A DNA stretch of 64,000 bases, from the NCBI RefSeq assembly GCF_009914755.1, contig NC_060925.1; one strand, written 5' to 3'. A program made the position numbers and the translations under genes. Under the pieces are notes generated by a model. That model was given only the letters and a program-made list of their open reading frames with translations. It made no database searches and had not been told where the DNA came from. The DNA comes from the human T2T-CHM13v2.0 reference genome, Homo sapiens. This document shows, one piece after another, positions 14,625 through 26,801 of the stretch (the first letter of the stretch is position 1; each line of letters opens with the position of its first letter).

Positions 14625-14864
14625 CATTTTACCTTAGAATTGTTTCTATATTAGGAAAACATAATTCATATTCATAGGTAGATGGATAGAAAGATTTTAT
14701 ATTTTTTTTGCAACTTCACACTATTAAATCTGTGAAGTGATTTTTGCTTCACATTTACATGAATCTAAAATATACGAAATTGCCATTTTGGCGTGGTTTT
14801 TTTCAAATTCAGCCAAACAGCGCAGGAAGATATGTTCCCGCACTTGCATATCCACCTTAGGTAG

Positions 14865-15272
<408 letters not shown>

Positions 15273-15459
15273 AAGATGGGTTATTTCTAATTCATGGGAA
15301 GCCAGCTGAACAACCTGTTTCCTTCTCCTCCATCAAAATATGTGAGGTTTGCCATGAGACGACAAACAAGGCCTGTAGAGAATTTATGACCAATGTCTGG
15401 AGACACTGAGTTCCAAAAGAACTTTTCCTTTGCCTTTAGTGGTTGATTTATTTAAGGTG

Positions 15460-16960
15460 GTTTAGAATCTTGCTTCTACCTAGAATGCAGAAAGCTGGAA
15501 AGAATGTTTCTTTTACCCTAACCATAAGAAAAAGTGAAATAAATAACAAAATCACAACCTTTCTTGTGCCTGTCAGAGAGCAGAGGTAGCACATCAAATA
15601 GCCTGAAATCTAAAGACAGACCAACCCATTTCCCCCGAGGGGGATGGGATATGCACATACGGTTTAGACTGTGGCTTTCGCCTGTGGCAGGCAGAACTTT
15701 CCTGCAAGCAGAAGAAAAAGTGAAAGAGGATAGAACAAAAAAAAAATTTGGAGAGATAATAGCTGAGATTTTCCAAAATTAATGAAAGATTCAGGAAGCT
15801 CAGAGAACCTCAAGCAAAATTAAAACCCAAACCAAGCAAAAGCAAAACAAAATCTTTAAAACAAAAAGCAAAACATAAACAAAACTTACACCTAGACACA
15901 TCATTTCCAAACTGCAAAAACCAAATAAATCAGCAAGTAGCCCAAGAAAAAGAGACAATTACATACAGAGGAACAAAGATAAGAATCACAGCAGACTTCT
16001 CATTAGAAAAATGTAAGTCAAAGGACAATTGAGTGACATATTTAAAGTACTGAGGAAAAAAATCTATATATAATTGTTAGCCCAGAATTCTATATGGTGA
16101 AAAAAAAAATCTTCCAAAAATGAAGGAAAAATAAACACTTTTTTCCAGATAAACAAAAACAGGGAATTTACAGTAGACTTGTGCTACAAGAAATATTAAA
16201 GGTAGTTTTAAGCCAGGAGAAATAGGATATCAGACAGAAATGTGGATCTACACGAAATAGTTCAGAGAGAGTGATTCACCTAGAGTACTTGGAGAAATAA
16301 ACACAAATTCCCTCCCAAAGGATGTGCCCTCAACTGGCAATATGGCAGTGCTGCTACCCACAGTATGGCAAAGTGGGTCACTTGAAAACCCTCCCACCAG
16401 AAAATACCTAGAAAGACTGGATAAAAGATAATGTAAATAAATGCATAACTGAGCATGCACAAAAATAAGAAAAACTCATACCATTCCAAAACAAAGAGGA
16501 ACCTAAGAACCACAGCAGTAAGCCACTGAGCTAATGATAGGACTGCCCTGGGTTCCCAGTAGCCCAGAAGCCTGGGTTTTTAATAGCCCTGCTGGAGCCG
16601 GAGACAAGGCCTCACAATGGTCAAGTTAGGGGACTGGTACCAGATCCCCGTATAAACCTGAGAAATGTGAAGGACTCCCCAAACACACTCCCATCAGCAA
16701 AAGAAAAAGTGTGTATCTGAGTTTTTAATTAAAGGAACAAAGTTTCTCTAGGACATTCATAACTTGAACTTGTGTCTTATGAAGGTGTGGGATTTGCATA
16801 TGAGCTATCAGTCCAGGAACTCCTAAGGCAGGAAATTACCAAAAGAGTACTCCATGGTAGCCTAACTTTTGGGAATCAAGTAGAAGCAAATTCTAATCCC
16901 TTTTGGACAAATGAGTCATTAAGTCAGCAAAGGATGCCACAGATAATGCCCTTCTGAAAG
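15460..16960 (+). mobile_element. Old L1 5'/ORF1 remnants
   Basis: ORF1-like motifs (GATAATAGCTGAGATTTTCCAAAATTAATGAAAG, ACACCTAGACACATCAT, AGCAGACTTCTCA). Confidence 0.7.
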
Positions 16961-17050
16961 AGAACTTAAATCCAGTATATACACACTACTTTTTAAAAAC
17001 AGAACTTAAATCCAGTATATACATACCACTTTTTATAGAAAAGAACTTGA
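16961..17050. repeat. 40-bp tandem repeat (2 copies plus a partial)
   Basis: AGAACTTAAATCCAGTATATACA..ACTTTTTA at 16961 and 17001; AGAACTT again at ~17042. Confidence 0.9.
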
Positions 17051-17196
17051 ACCCCTGCTTCCTGTCTTCCCAAGCTGGTTGTTCTTTTTAAGACCCCACT
17101 GGTCAGCCACTTGCTCTCATGCCCCAAAACAAATCCTTCTTTCCCATCTTATAAGAGAGGTCCTTGAGAGATGGGGTTGTTTCATCATTCTTATAC

Positions 17197-17717
17197 CAGC
17201 AGTCCCCAACCTTTTTGGCACCAGAGACTAGTTTCATGGAAGGCAATTTTTCCACAGATTGGGGGTGGGGTGGATATTTTCAGGATGATTCAAGCACATT
17301 ACATTTATTGCACACATTATTTCTATCTTATTACATTGTAATATATAATGAAATGATTACACAACTCACCATAATGTAGATCAGTGGAAGCCCTGAGCTT
17401 GTTTTCCTGCAACTAGACGTTCCCATCTGGGGGTGATGGGAGACAGTGACAGATCACTGGGCATTAGGAGCATGCAACCTAGATCTCTTACACGCACAGT
17501 TCACAATAGGGTGTGTGCTCCTATGAGAATCTAATGCCGCGGCTGATCTGACAGGAGGCGGAGCTCAGGCGGTAACGCAAGTGATGGGGAGCAGCTGTAA
17601 ATACAGATAAAGCTTTGCTCTCTTGTCCACCACTCACCTCCTGCTGTGCAGCCTGATTCCTAAAAGGCCACGGACTGGACCGGTACCAGTTCATGGCCTG
17701 GGGGTTGGGGACACCTG
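17197..17717 (+). mobile_element. MER1A (hAT-Charlie) non-autonomous DNA transposon
   Basis: TIRs CAGCAGTCCCCAACC / GGTTGGGGACACCTG; near 8-bp TSD TCTTATAC/CTTTATAC; ~520 bp. Confidence 0.9.
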
Positions 17718-17859
17718 CTTTATACTGTCCCATGGTGTCTACACTGTGGTTAGTCCACAAATACTCAGATTAAAATCCAGCTCTATCACTTACTAGCTCT
17801 GTGCTCTTCAGGAAATGATGTGACCTCTCTATCCCTCAGTTTTCTCATCCTCCAAAGCC

Positions 17860-18487
17860 AGCAACAGCAGATTGAGTCCCTCTCACAGCGCACCACGCTG
17901 AACTCTTCTGCTTCCTTCTTCTATTTTTAAAAGCCCTTGTTGGTTACACTGGGCTCATCCAGTGAATCCAGGATTATCTCCCAATTTTAACATTAGCTGA
18001 TCAGCAAATTTAATTATATCTGCAATATTAATTCCCCTTTGCCATACAACATGATACAGTCACAGGTTCTGGGGATTAGGATATGGACATGTCTGGAGAG
18101 CCATCATTCTGTCTACCACACTGGCCATAGCTCATTTGAAGGAAAAAGAAAAGAGCAAACACCGATTATATAGCACTTGATATATACCAGCAGTTTCTGT
18201 TGATTATCCCAACAACCTTATGAAGTGGCTGGTATACTTTTCCCCATTTTTCAGAGAAGAAAACTGAGGGCCATGAGCCAAGGAATGTGGGCGGCCCCTA
18301 GAAACTGGAAAAGGCAAAGAAATGTACTCTCCCCTCAAGCCTCCAGAAGGGAATGCAGCCCTGCTCTCACTTTGATTTTAGCCCAGTGCAACTTCTGACC
18401 CACTGAAAAGTAAGATAATAAATTTGTGTTGTTTTAAGCTACTGAGTTTGTGATAATTTGTTACAATGGCAACAGAAAACTAATCAA
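17860..18487. mobile_element. MLT1 (MaLR) LTR fragments in both orientations, plus MIR
   Basis: CACAGGTTCTGGGGATTAGGATATGGACAT and AAGATAATAAATTTGTGTTGTTTTAAGC..GAAAACTAAT. Confidence 0.7.
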
Positions 18488-18812
18488 GCCAGTTATAAAA
18501 ATTCTCAGTCAAGACAAATTTATTTCTATATTCTCATGGGCCATTCTCTGTACTAAAAGAAGGACTTTTATCCAGCATTTTGAAGAACCAAAAAGAGGAT
18601 TTAGTATAATATGGATATAAGATATTAAACCTTGAATTTTTGTTTCCTCTGAGGATGAAGAGGAAGTCTACCCTACATCAGTGAGGTCTCCCAGCTTTGC
18701 AACTGAAGACTGTAACAAGCAATTCCACCCCCCAATGTTATGGTAGCAAATTACTTGAGCTGACTAGATTTAGCTATAATCAATCAAAAACAAGAGCTAA
18801 AGGCATGCATAC

Positions 18813-19012
18813 CTACAAGTTTTGATGTGAAATACAGCATTTTTGTTGCCAATGTTTCGTACCAGCAGAATCTTCTGGGTGCTGTATTTGACAGGACAAG
18901 TGGAAAAATTCAGCTTGTCAGGAAAATCGAGAATGGCTCGTGCCCCTCTAGCTTTGATGGGTACAATAAACTTTTCTCTTTCAGTAACACAGGTCAACGT
19001 ATGGGCGTAATC
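18813..19012 (-). CDS. HYDIN2: HYDIN-type coding exon (exon 6 equivalent, 200 nt): DYAHTLTCVTEREKFIVPIKARGARAILDFPDKLNFSTCPVKYSTQKILLVRNIGNKNAVFHIKTC(R)
   Basis: Acceptor CCCTTCCCTTGTAG|GAT and donor TGTAG|GTATGC; open frame in ORF 18797..18997; peptide recognised as the HYDIN N-terminal region; phase joins the next exon. Confidence 0.93.
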
Positions 19013-19179
19013 CTACAAGGGAAGGGTATGATCATTATTTGTGGAAAAAGCAACATGATCACGATAACTGTTCAAGAAAAGGGTCGATGAGAGGCATTTT
19101 GCAAAACAACTTTTAGTATAGTTCTATGAAAACATCTTAAAACAATTACAGAAGTACTTTCAAATGAGATTGTCTTTTC

Positions 19180-19204
19180 TGAGAGAGAGAGAGAGAGAGA
19201 GAGA
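19180..19204. repeat. (GA)n microsatellite
   Basis: Direct reading. Confidence 0.95.
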
Positions 19205-19392
19205 ACAGATCTAGTGTTAAAACCTACAGCTGGTAGAGAAGCTATGCTTCATGTGTCTGTCAGGCAATAGGGAGGTAGGATGAAGGTCAGTGGAAGGCCA
19301 GGCCCATTTCTCCCGTAGATCCAAGAAGATTCACAACAGTTCCCTCAGGTCCTCCTTCCAAACCCCACTTCTCCTTCAAGCCCATGTATTAG

Positions 19393-19700
<308 letters not shown>

Positions 19701-19709
19701 GATGTTTCT

Positions 19710-20168
19710 AACTAATGGCCTCTTTCTGCCTATACTCTTTGCAATGTGACTTTGCAGCTCCTCCATCAAGTAATGAGTCTCCACTCCACTTGCTTTCAGC
19801 AATACAAGGTGGCCAAAGTTATGCTATGCCAGTTTCAAGCTGAGACCTCAAGAAGCTTTGGGTCTACCCAGTCTTGTTCTTGGAACCCTGCCAATGGCAT
19901 GTGAACAAGCCTGGTCCAGCCTACTGCAGGATGTGCACCTGGATGCTCCAACCAAGACCATGCTAGACCAGCCTAGAGCCAGCTGATCCCCAGATATGTG
20001 AGCCCAGCCACAATAAGCAGAGTTCCCTACCTGATGAGAGGGCCCAGGCAACACCAGAAAAACCACCCAGCTGAACCACAGTCTTGTGAGCAATAATAAG
20101 TGCTTATTATTTTAAGCCACTAAATGTGGGATTGTTTGCAATCATACAGAACTAGCTAACTGATGCGT
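19710..20168 (+). mobile_element. MLT1-family LTR
   Basis: TTTGCAATGTGACTTTGCAGCTCCTCCATCAAG ... TTTTAAGCCACTAAAT..AGCTAACTGAT. Confidence 0.75.
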
Positions 20169-20669
20169 AAGTCAGTTGAAACCTCACTTCTTGCACAAAG
20201 CCATTTCTGACCATTCCAAATAAAAATGCTGAGGCCCTAGGCATCTCTCTTCTCCAGTCATGAGTTTAAATGCAACAGAAATGCTGAATAAAGTCACTCT
20301 TTATGCCATCTCATAAGATAGAAATAGAATATTTGCCTGCAGTGTAGCAAAGAAAAAGTTAAAAGAAGTCACCATAAAAGGTATCTGATATCTAAAAAAA
20401 GCTTTGTTTTCCTTCATTTTCTCATCCTTTTATTGTGTGTTTTAGCTGCAAGGAGTCTTGATTAATGAAAAGTCATTTTGAACAGAAATTTCCTTTTGGT
20501 AACCATGTGATAAACGGTAGTAAGTGGTGGAGGTTTTAAAAAAAGCTCTTTTTGGGCTTTGGACATAGAATAAGAATGGGACCATCTGGCATACAAATTG
20601 GCATACAGGGCTGGCCACATACTCAACCTCATGAAGCCACAGGACAAGCATAAAGCAGTGGCATCCCCA

Positions 20670-22820
20670 GTTTATTCATTCAACTATGTTCATTAAGTGC
20701 CCAGGTGCCAGCACAGCACTGTGCTAGGTCTAGGAATACAACCAATTAGGAAATGCAGACATGGTCACGGTCCTCCTCCAGCTCACATCAGGATGGAGGA
20801 GACAATGAACAGATGAATAAAGGATATGTAATGTACAGTGCAACTCACATATAAATAAATATAAAGCTAAAACTGCCAGGAATGCTCACAAATAGCCTTT
20901 ACGCCTGTAGTTCTATCTGTCCCCTTGGGCTCCAAACTCATAACCAGCTGCCCAGTCAGCATCTCATTGGATATAAACTTATGTCCCAAACCAAAGCTCC
21001 TGATGAATGTCACTGCCTGCTACTGTGCATAAAGATTTCTGCTGAGGGCCAGGAATGGAGGCAAAACAGCTTCAGCCCAAAGGGGGAACCTTTTTCTAGT
21101 ACCCACAAAGGCTCCACAAAGACAGCTAAGGTCTGACCCTCTCTCCAACTGCAGCATCTCTCCAGCGGTCTGGCTTTAGAACCCTGAAATGAGGCATCCT
21201 TTCATGCTCGATTTCTCAATTTCTTGATACAATCCATAGGATCTACCTTCAAAATATATCCAAACTGCAATCACTCTTCACCACCTCCACCCCCGCCACC
21301 CTGGTCCTAGCCACTCCGATCTTTCCCAGGCTAACAGGACTTTCTATTTCAACCGTTGCTCTCCTAAAGTCTATTTTCCACCCAAGGGTCAGAGGGACCC
21401 AGTAAAAATGTAAGTCAGCTCAGGCTGCTTCTCCGCTGAAAAGTACCTAGGCTGAGGCTGGCGCACTTGCGAAGGTCCCGTGGTCTGGTGCCCCCATCGC
21501 TTCTCTGGCCACATCTCCTCCTCTCCCCTGGTTCCCCCTGCAGCCACAGGTTTCCCCTTCAGAGCCTTTGCACATGATGTTCTCTCCTTCCCTCTACTTA
21601 TTCGTGGTGCTCACCCCCTCACCTCTTCAGCACTTGGCACGGCGATCCACTGTCTCCCCGAGGCCTCCCGACTGCCCTATTTTCAATAGAACTCTCCCTC
21701 TCCTGCCCCATCACTCCCTTACCTTCTGTCCAGCTTTAGTCTTGCCCAGAGCCATCTAGTATATCGTATATTCTACCTCCCCAGTGAGTGTAGTGCATGT
21801 CTCCCCCGTATTTCCATGTCAAGAGGGATTTGCCCATCTTCTTGCCTTCTGTATACCCAGTACCTAGAACAGAGCCTAGTATCTAGCAACTACTCAACAA
21901 ATACTTCCCGAAGGAAGGAAAGTCGGTAACAGAACATTTGGTAGTGATGAGTGACGGGAAATAAATCATGATATGGGGACAGAGAGACTGGAGAGCTCTT
22001 TTACATGGCGTGAGGGGGGGGGCGGTCAGGAAAGGCCTCTATGAGGAGGTGACACTTCAGCAGAGACATGAGTGACAAATGAAGCCATGTGGATGGATGG
22101 CTGTCTGGGGGAAGTGTGATTTGGAACCTGTGGCCAGAGGGGAGCAAGGGAAGGAGTGTGGTTAGACACATGGCCAACAGGTTGTGGCGGCCAGATCCCA
22201 GAGATCTTGTAAGCCATTGTTAGGACGTGAGAGGGCTGAAGGCATTCCCAAGGCTGAAAGCTGATCTTGATGTAACCTGAGTAACGTTTTAGAAAAAGCG
22301 CTGGCTGCTATGTGGGCCACGGACTGCAGCGGGAAGAGGGAGGCCAGTTAGGAAGCCACTGCTGTAGTCCAGGCATGAGATGACACAGATGTGGACTTGT
22401 GTGGGCAAGTACTTAGCCTAGCATTTAGCAAGTAGTAAGTACTCAATAAATGTTAACTGTCCTTATCAGACTTTTGTATTAAGTACAATTTGTGTAAGGC
22501 ATATAGGAAAAATTCAACATATGTTTACTCTCGTTGGTAGGGAGCCATCTAGCCATCTATATACTGATAAGGATAATAATAATAGAACAAGATAATTTCA
22601 GAAAGTGATGAGGGCTTTGAAGAAAATAAAGCACAGGAAAGTGATAATATCGGATGGGGTTGATTTAGGTTAGAATAACTAAAGAGGTCTTCCTGAGGAG
22701 GTGACCTTCGGATGGGGACCTGAACAGCAAAAGGAGCCAGTTGGGTGAGATCTAGGAACAGAGTGCTCCTGCCAAGGGGAACTGCAAACATACAAGTCCT
22801 AAGGCAGGAGTGAGTCATAA
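20670..22820. mobile_element. Cluster of L2 fragments in both orientations
   Basis: L2 motifs (CTGTGCTAGG, TCTACCTTCAAAATATATCC, GAGGAGGTGAC, ACTCAATAAAT). Confidence 0.7.
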
Positions 22821-22874
22821 AAAGGAATAAATAGGATTCAAGAAATTGATTAAAACTGGGTTGCTAGTATATTT

Positions 22875-23035
22875 TTAAATAAAGAATGTAACTGGATTGT
22901 GTGTAACTCAAAGGATAAATGCTTGAGGGGATGAAACCCCATTCTCCATGAGGTGCTTATTTCACATTGCATGCTTACATCAAAACATCTCATGTACCCC
23001 ATAAATATATATATCTACTGTGTACCCACAAAAAT
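22875..23035 (+). mobile_element. L1MA 3' tail fragment
   Basis: AAAGGATAAATGCTTGAGGGGATG..CATGTACCCCATAAATATATA..TGTACCCACAAAAAT. Confidence 0.8.
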
Positions 23036-23065
23036 ACTTTTTATTTAAAATATATCTTTTAAAAT

Positions 23066-23384
23066 GGCTGGGCGTGGTGGCTCAAGTCTATAATCCCAGC
23101 ATTTTGAGAGGCTGAGGCAGGTGGATCACTTCAGGCCAGGAGTTCAAGACCAGCCTGGCCAACATGGCAAAACCCAGCCTCTATAAAAATTAGCGGGGCA
23201 TGGTGGCTCACACCTGTAGTCTCAGCTACTCAGTAAGCTGAGGCAGAGAACTGCTTGAACCCGGGAGATGGAGGCTGCAGTGAGCCGAGATCGCACCACT
23301 GCACCCCAGCCTGGGCGACAGAGTGAGACTCTGTCTCAAAAAAATTAATAAATAAATAAAATAAAAACAAAAATAAAAATAAAA
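23066..23384 (+). mobile_element. AluS
   Basis: Alu consensus with A-rich tail. Confidence 0.93.
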
Positions 23385-24271
23385 TTTTAAAAATTGAGTT
23401 GTTAGACTCTTAGCTCTGCAATTGATTCTGGTTTCCAGATGGTAATGCCAGACTCAAAACTTATGCTATCTAGACATGAGGAAGCACAAATTACACTAAG
23501 CACACTTGATCTTAGAAAACCCCACATAATTCAACAATGCAACAGCCTAGTCTGATTACTACAGAATCCTAAAGAGATAAGTACTATTTTCGCTTTTTCT
23601 TAGGCGATCAAATCCAGCCAGCATATGTTTTTTTGGGAATTATAAACTGAAAAGCCCCTGGCACATGTGGAGACTGAGCATTAACTGAGGCGTTGAGAGC
23701 TAGAACAAAAGATGCTGCTGAATCCAGGATAAGAGGAGATCCTGAAGTGTTTGTCTCATTTTATTCTGTACTCACATATCCGCTGCCTTGTTCTAGAAGG
23801 AATTAAAGGCAGCTGTAAATAGTTTAGGAGGCTAATTGAAATACTGAGAGAGATGTTTTCAGACCTTTTCAAGTTCCCAAATAAGGAAGGTTTGAAGTTT
23901 GATTTGCCTTATAAATTTTTTCATAATCAATTCACACACCCATAAAAGAATATAAGGTTCTTTAAACAAGTCCCTTAAAATGTATTCCAATCTCTGAAGT
24001 TATGCACTTAATATGACTATATTAGATCATACATCATTATATATTGCTCTGCTGGCTTACAATTAATTCAGATGTTATGACTAGGGAGGCTCTGATGGCC
24101 TGCAGGCTTAAGCAATCACTTCAGTTGATGAACTGAACACCCAGCCTCACAAACCTGCTTTTCCTCCTCTGTTCCCTATCTCTGTAAATGACACCACCAT
24201 TTGACCAGTTGTTAGCCAAAATCCTACAGTTCAAACTAGGTGCATTTCTTTCTCGTATCATCGATCCATCA

Positions 24272-24608
<337 letters not shown>

Positions 24609-24943
24609 AAAAGTATACATCCTTACTCCTCCTACTTCTCATCACCTTCACTGTCACCACCCTCATCCAAACTTCCTTATCTTTTACCTGAACTACTATA
24701 GTAGCCTCTGCCCCCTGTATGCATCAGGGATCAGTCAGCTACGTTATAAAAGGAAAAAGAGCAAAATCAGAGCAGTTTACACTAGGCAGAAGTTTATTTA
24801 TCTTATACAAAGAAGTCCAGAGGTAGGTAGGCCAGGTCGGTAGGGTGGCTCAACAGTGTCATCAGAGACTCAAATTCCTAAATTCCTGCTCTACCATTCT
24901 AGCATGCAGTTCCCATCCTCGATGTCACCCTGTGGGGCAGAGT

Positions 24944-25672
24944 TGTAACCACCCAATGGGTTCTTCCAGCCTGCTCCCCAGAGAGAGCCAATTTATCAAG
25001 ACAGGGCAATTGCAATAGAGAAAGTTTTACACATATAGAACTGGCTAAACAGGAGACTAGAGTTTTATTATTACGCAAATCAACCGCCCTGAAAATTTGG
25101 AGACTATGGTTTTTTAAAGATAGTTTAGGAGAGGGGGGTGGCTAGGGAATGGGTGCTGCTGATTGATTGGGGGTGCAATCATAGGGGTGTGGAAAATGGT
25201 CTTCATGAGCTGCTAAGTCCACTTCTGGGTGGAGCCGCAGGACCAGTTTGTGGGTCTGGGTGGAGCCATCCATTTTCAGAAACGCAAAAATCTGAAAAGG
25301 CATCTCAAAAGGCCAATCTTAAGTTCTACAACAGTCATGTTATCTGCAGGAACAACTGGGAAGTTGCAAATCTTGTGACCTCTGGAATAATGGTTGGTAA
25401 TTATTTATATCTACATGTTAACAGAATTCAGGTTCCTCTCATCCTCCTAACCTGGTGATCTTTCATCAGCTTTACACAAAGGTGGTTTAGTTTTGAGGAA
25501 CAGATACAATCTTTTAAACTATAAACTAAATTTCTCCCAAAGTTAACTTGGCGTAAGCCCAGAAATGAGTAAGGCATTTTGGAGGTTAAAAGCAAGATGG
25601 GGGTTGGTTAGATCAGATCCCTTTCACTGTCATAATTTTCTCACTGTTATAGTTTTTGCAAAGGTGGTTTCA
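24944..25672 (-). mobile_element. Solo LTR8A-like (ERV1) LTR, probably chimeric
   Basis: Minus strand starts TGAAACCACCTTTGCAAAAACTATAACAGTGAG and ends GGGTGGTTACA; 729 bp; flanks GAGT and TAAT are not a TSD. Confidence 0.85.
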
Positions 25673-25895
25673 TAATGGAGAAAACAGCAGACACTAACCT
25701 AATGGAGTGCTCAAAATAAATAACACCATTAATAAGTCATATATCAGCATCATGAATCCCTTGGCATGATGTGCTGAAAAGGGATACAGTATCATTTCTG
25801 CGGTATTCTTGCCAAAATGGCATGACTTCACTCTAATCATGACAAAACATTAGACAAACCTAAAGTGAAGGACATTCTACCAAATTACTAATCAG

Positions 25896-26566
25896 TGTAT
25901 TTATAGGTAGACAGGCATAAGCAGGGCAGGAGTGGGCTTTTCCCCCACCCACTAAAAATGTCAGGTGATGGTTTGGCAGTTATCACATTGCCTCTCTAAA
26001 AGTGATAAATTGGCAGCCAGCACCAGGGAGAGGCCTTTTCCTGATGGTCCACACCTGTTGCACTAAAGAGTGAACTGAGTATAGGTGCCAGGGAAACACA
26101 ACTTCCTAGACATGCGCATTAGGAGATAAAATGGCAGGGTATGACCTTCCAAGGGCACGCCATGAGAAAAGGGAAGAAAGCCTCTAATGGGCATGCATAC
26201 AACTTCCTAAACACAGTGCACATGCTCATCTCCCAAGGGTAAGGAGGGCTCTGTGCATGAGGGCAGCCTACTTTAAGGGAAGAATCATGGGAAAGAGGCC
26301 AGCCTATAAAGTCTTAGGATCAAGGTTAAACACTACTCTTGACCTTCACATGCCCACTTGGGTCTCTTCCAAGCATACTTTCCTTTCTTTCCTGTTCTAA
26401 AGCCTTTTTAAATAAACTCCCACTCCTACTCTGAAAGTTGCCTTGATCTCTTTTTCTGCCTTATGCCCCTCAGTCAAATTCTTTCTTCTGAGGGGGCAAG
26501 AACTGAGGTTGCTGCAGACCTGTATGGATTTGCCACCAGTAACTCGGATACCTTCCACTGGTAACA
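25896..26566 (+). mobile_element. MER50-like solo LTR (ERV1)
   Basis: TG..CA ends; AGCAGGGCAGGAG, CCTATAAAG TATA-like box, AATAAA, end CCACTGGTAACA; TSD ATCAG at 25891-25895 and 26567-26571. Confidence 0.82.
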
Positions 26567-26712
26567 ATCAGTATCCTTCAAAGAGTGCCAAAGTTATGAA
26601 GGATAAGGAAAGACTAGGGAACTGTCACAGATTGGAGTCAACTAGGGAGAAATACAACTCAATACAATGCGGGGTCCCGGATAGGCTCCTGAGGCAGAAA
26701 AATGATATTTGG

Positions 26713-26801
26713 GTCTATGGCCATACCACCCTGAATGCACCCAATCTTGTCTGATCTTAGAAGCTAAGCAAGGTTAGGCCCGTTAGTACTTGGATGGGAG
26801 A
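26713..26801 (+). pseudogene. 5S rRNA retropseudogene, 3'-truncated and tailless
   Basis: GTCTATGGCCATACCACCCTGAA...GTTAGTACTTGGATGGGAGA matches about the first 90 nt of 5S rRNA with CpG decay; TSD AGAAAAATGATATTTG at 26696-26711 and 26799-26814. Confidence 0.95.

Noticed and set aside
26713-26801. Functional 5S rRNA gene
   Set aside because: It lacks the last ~30 nt and the terminator, shows CpG decay, and is flanked by a TSD.
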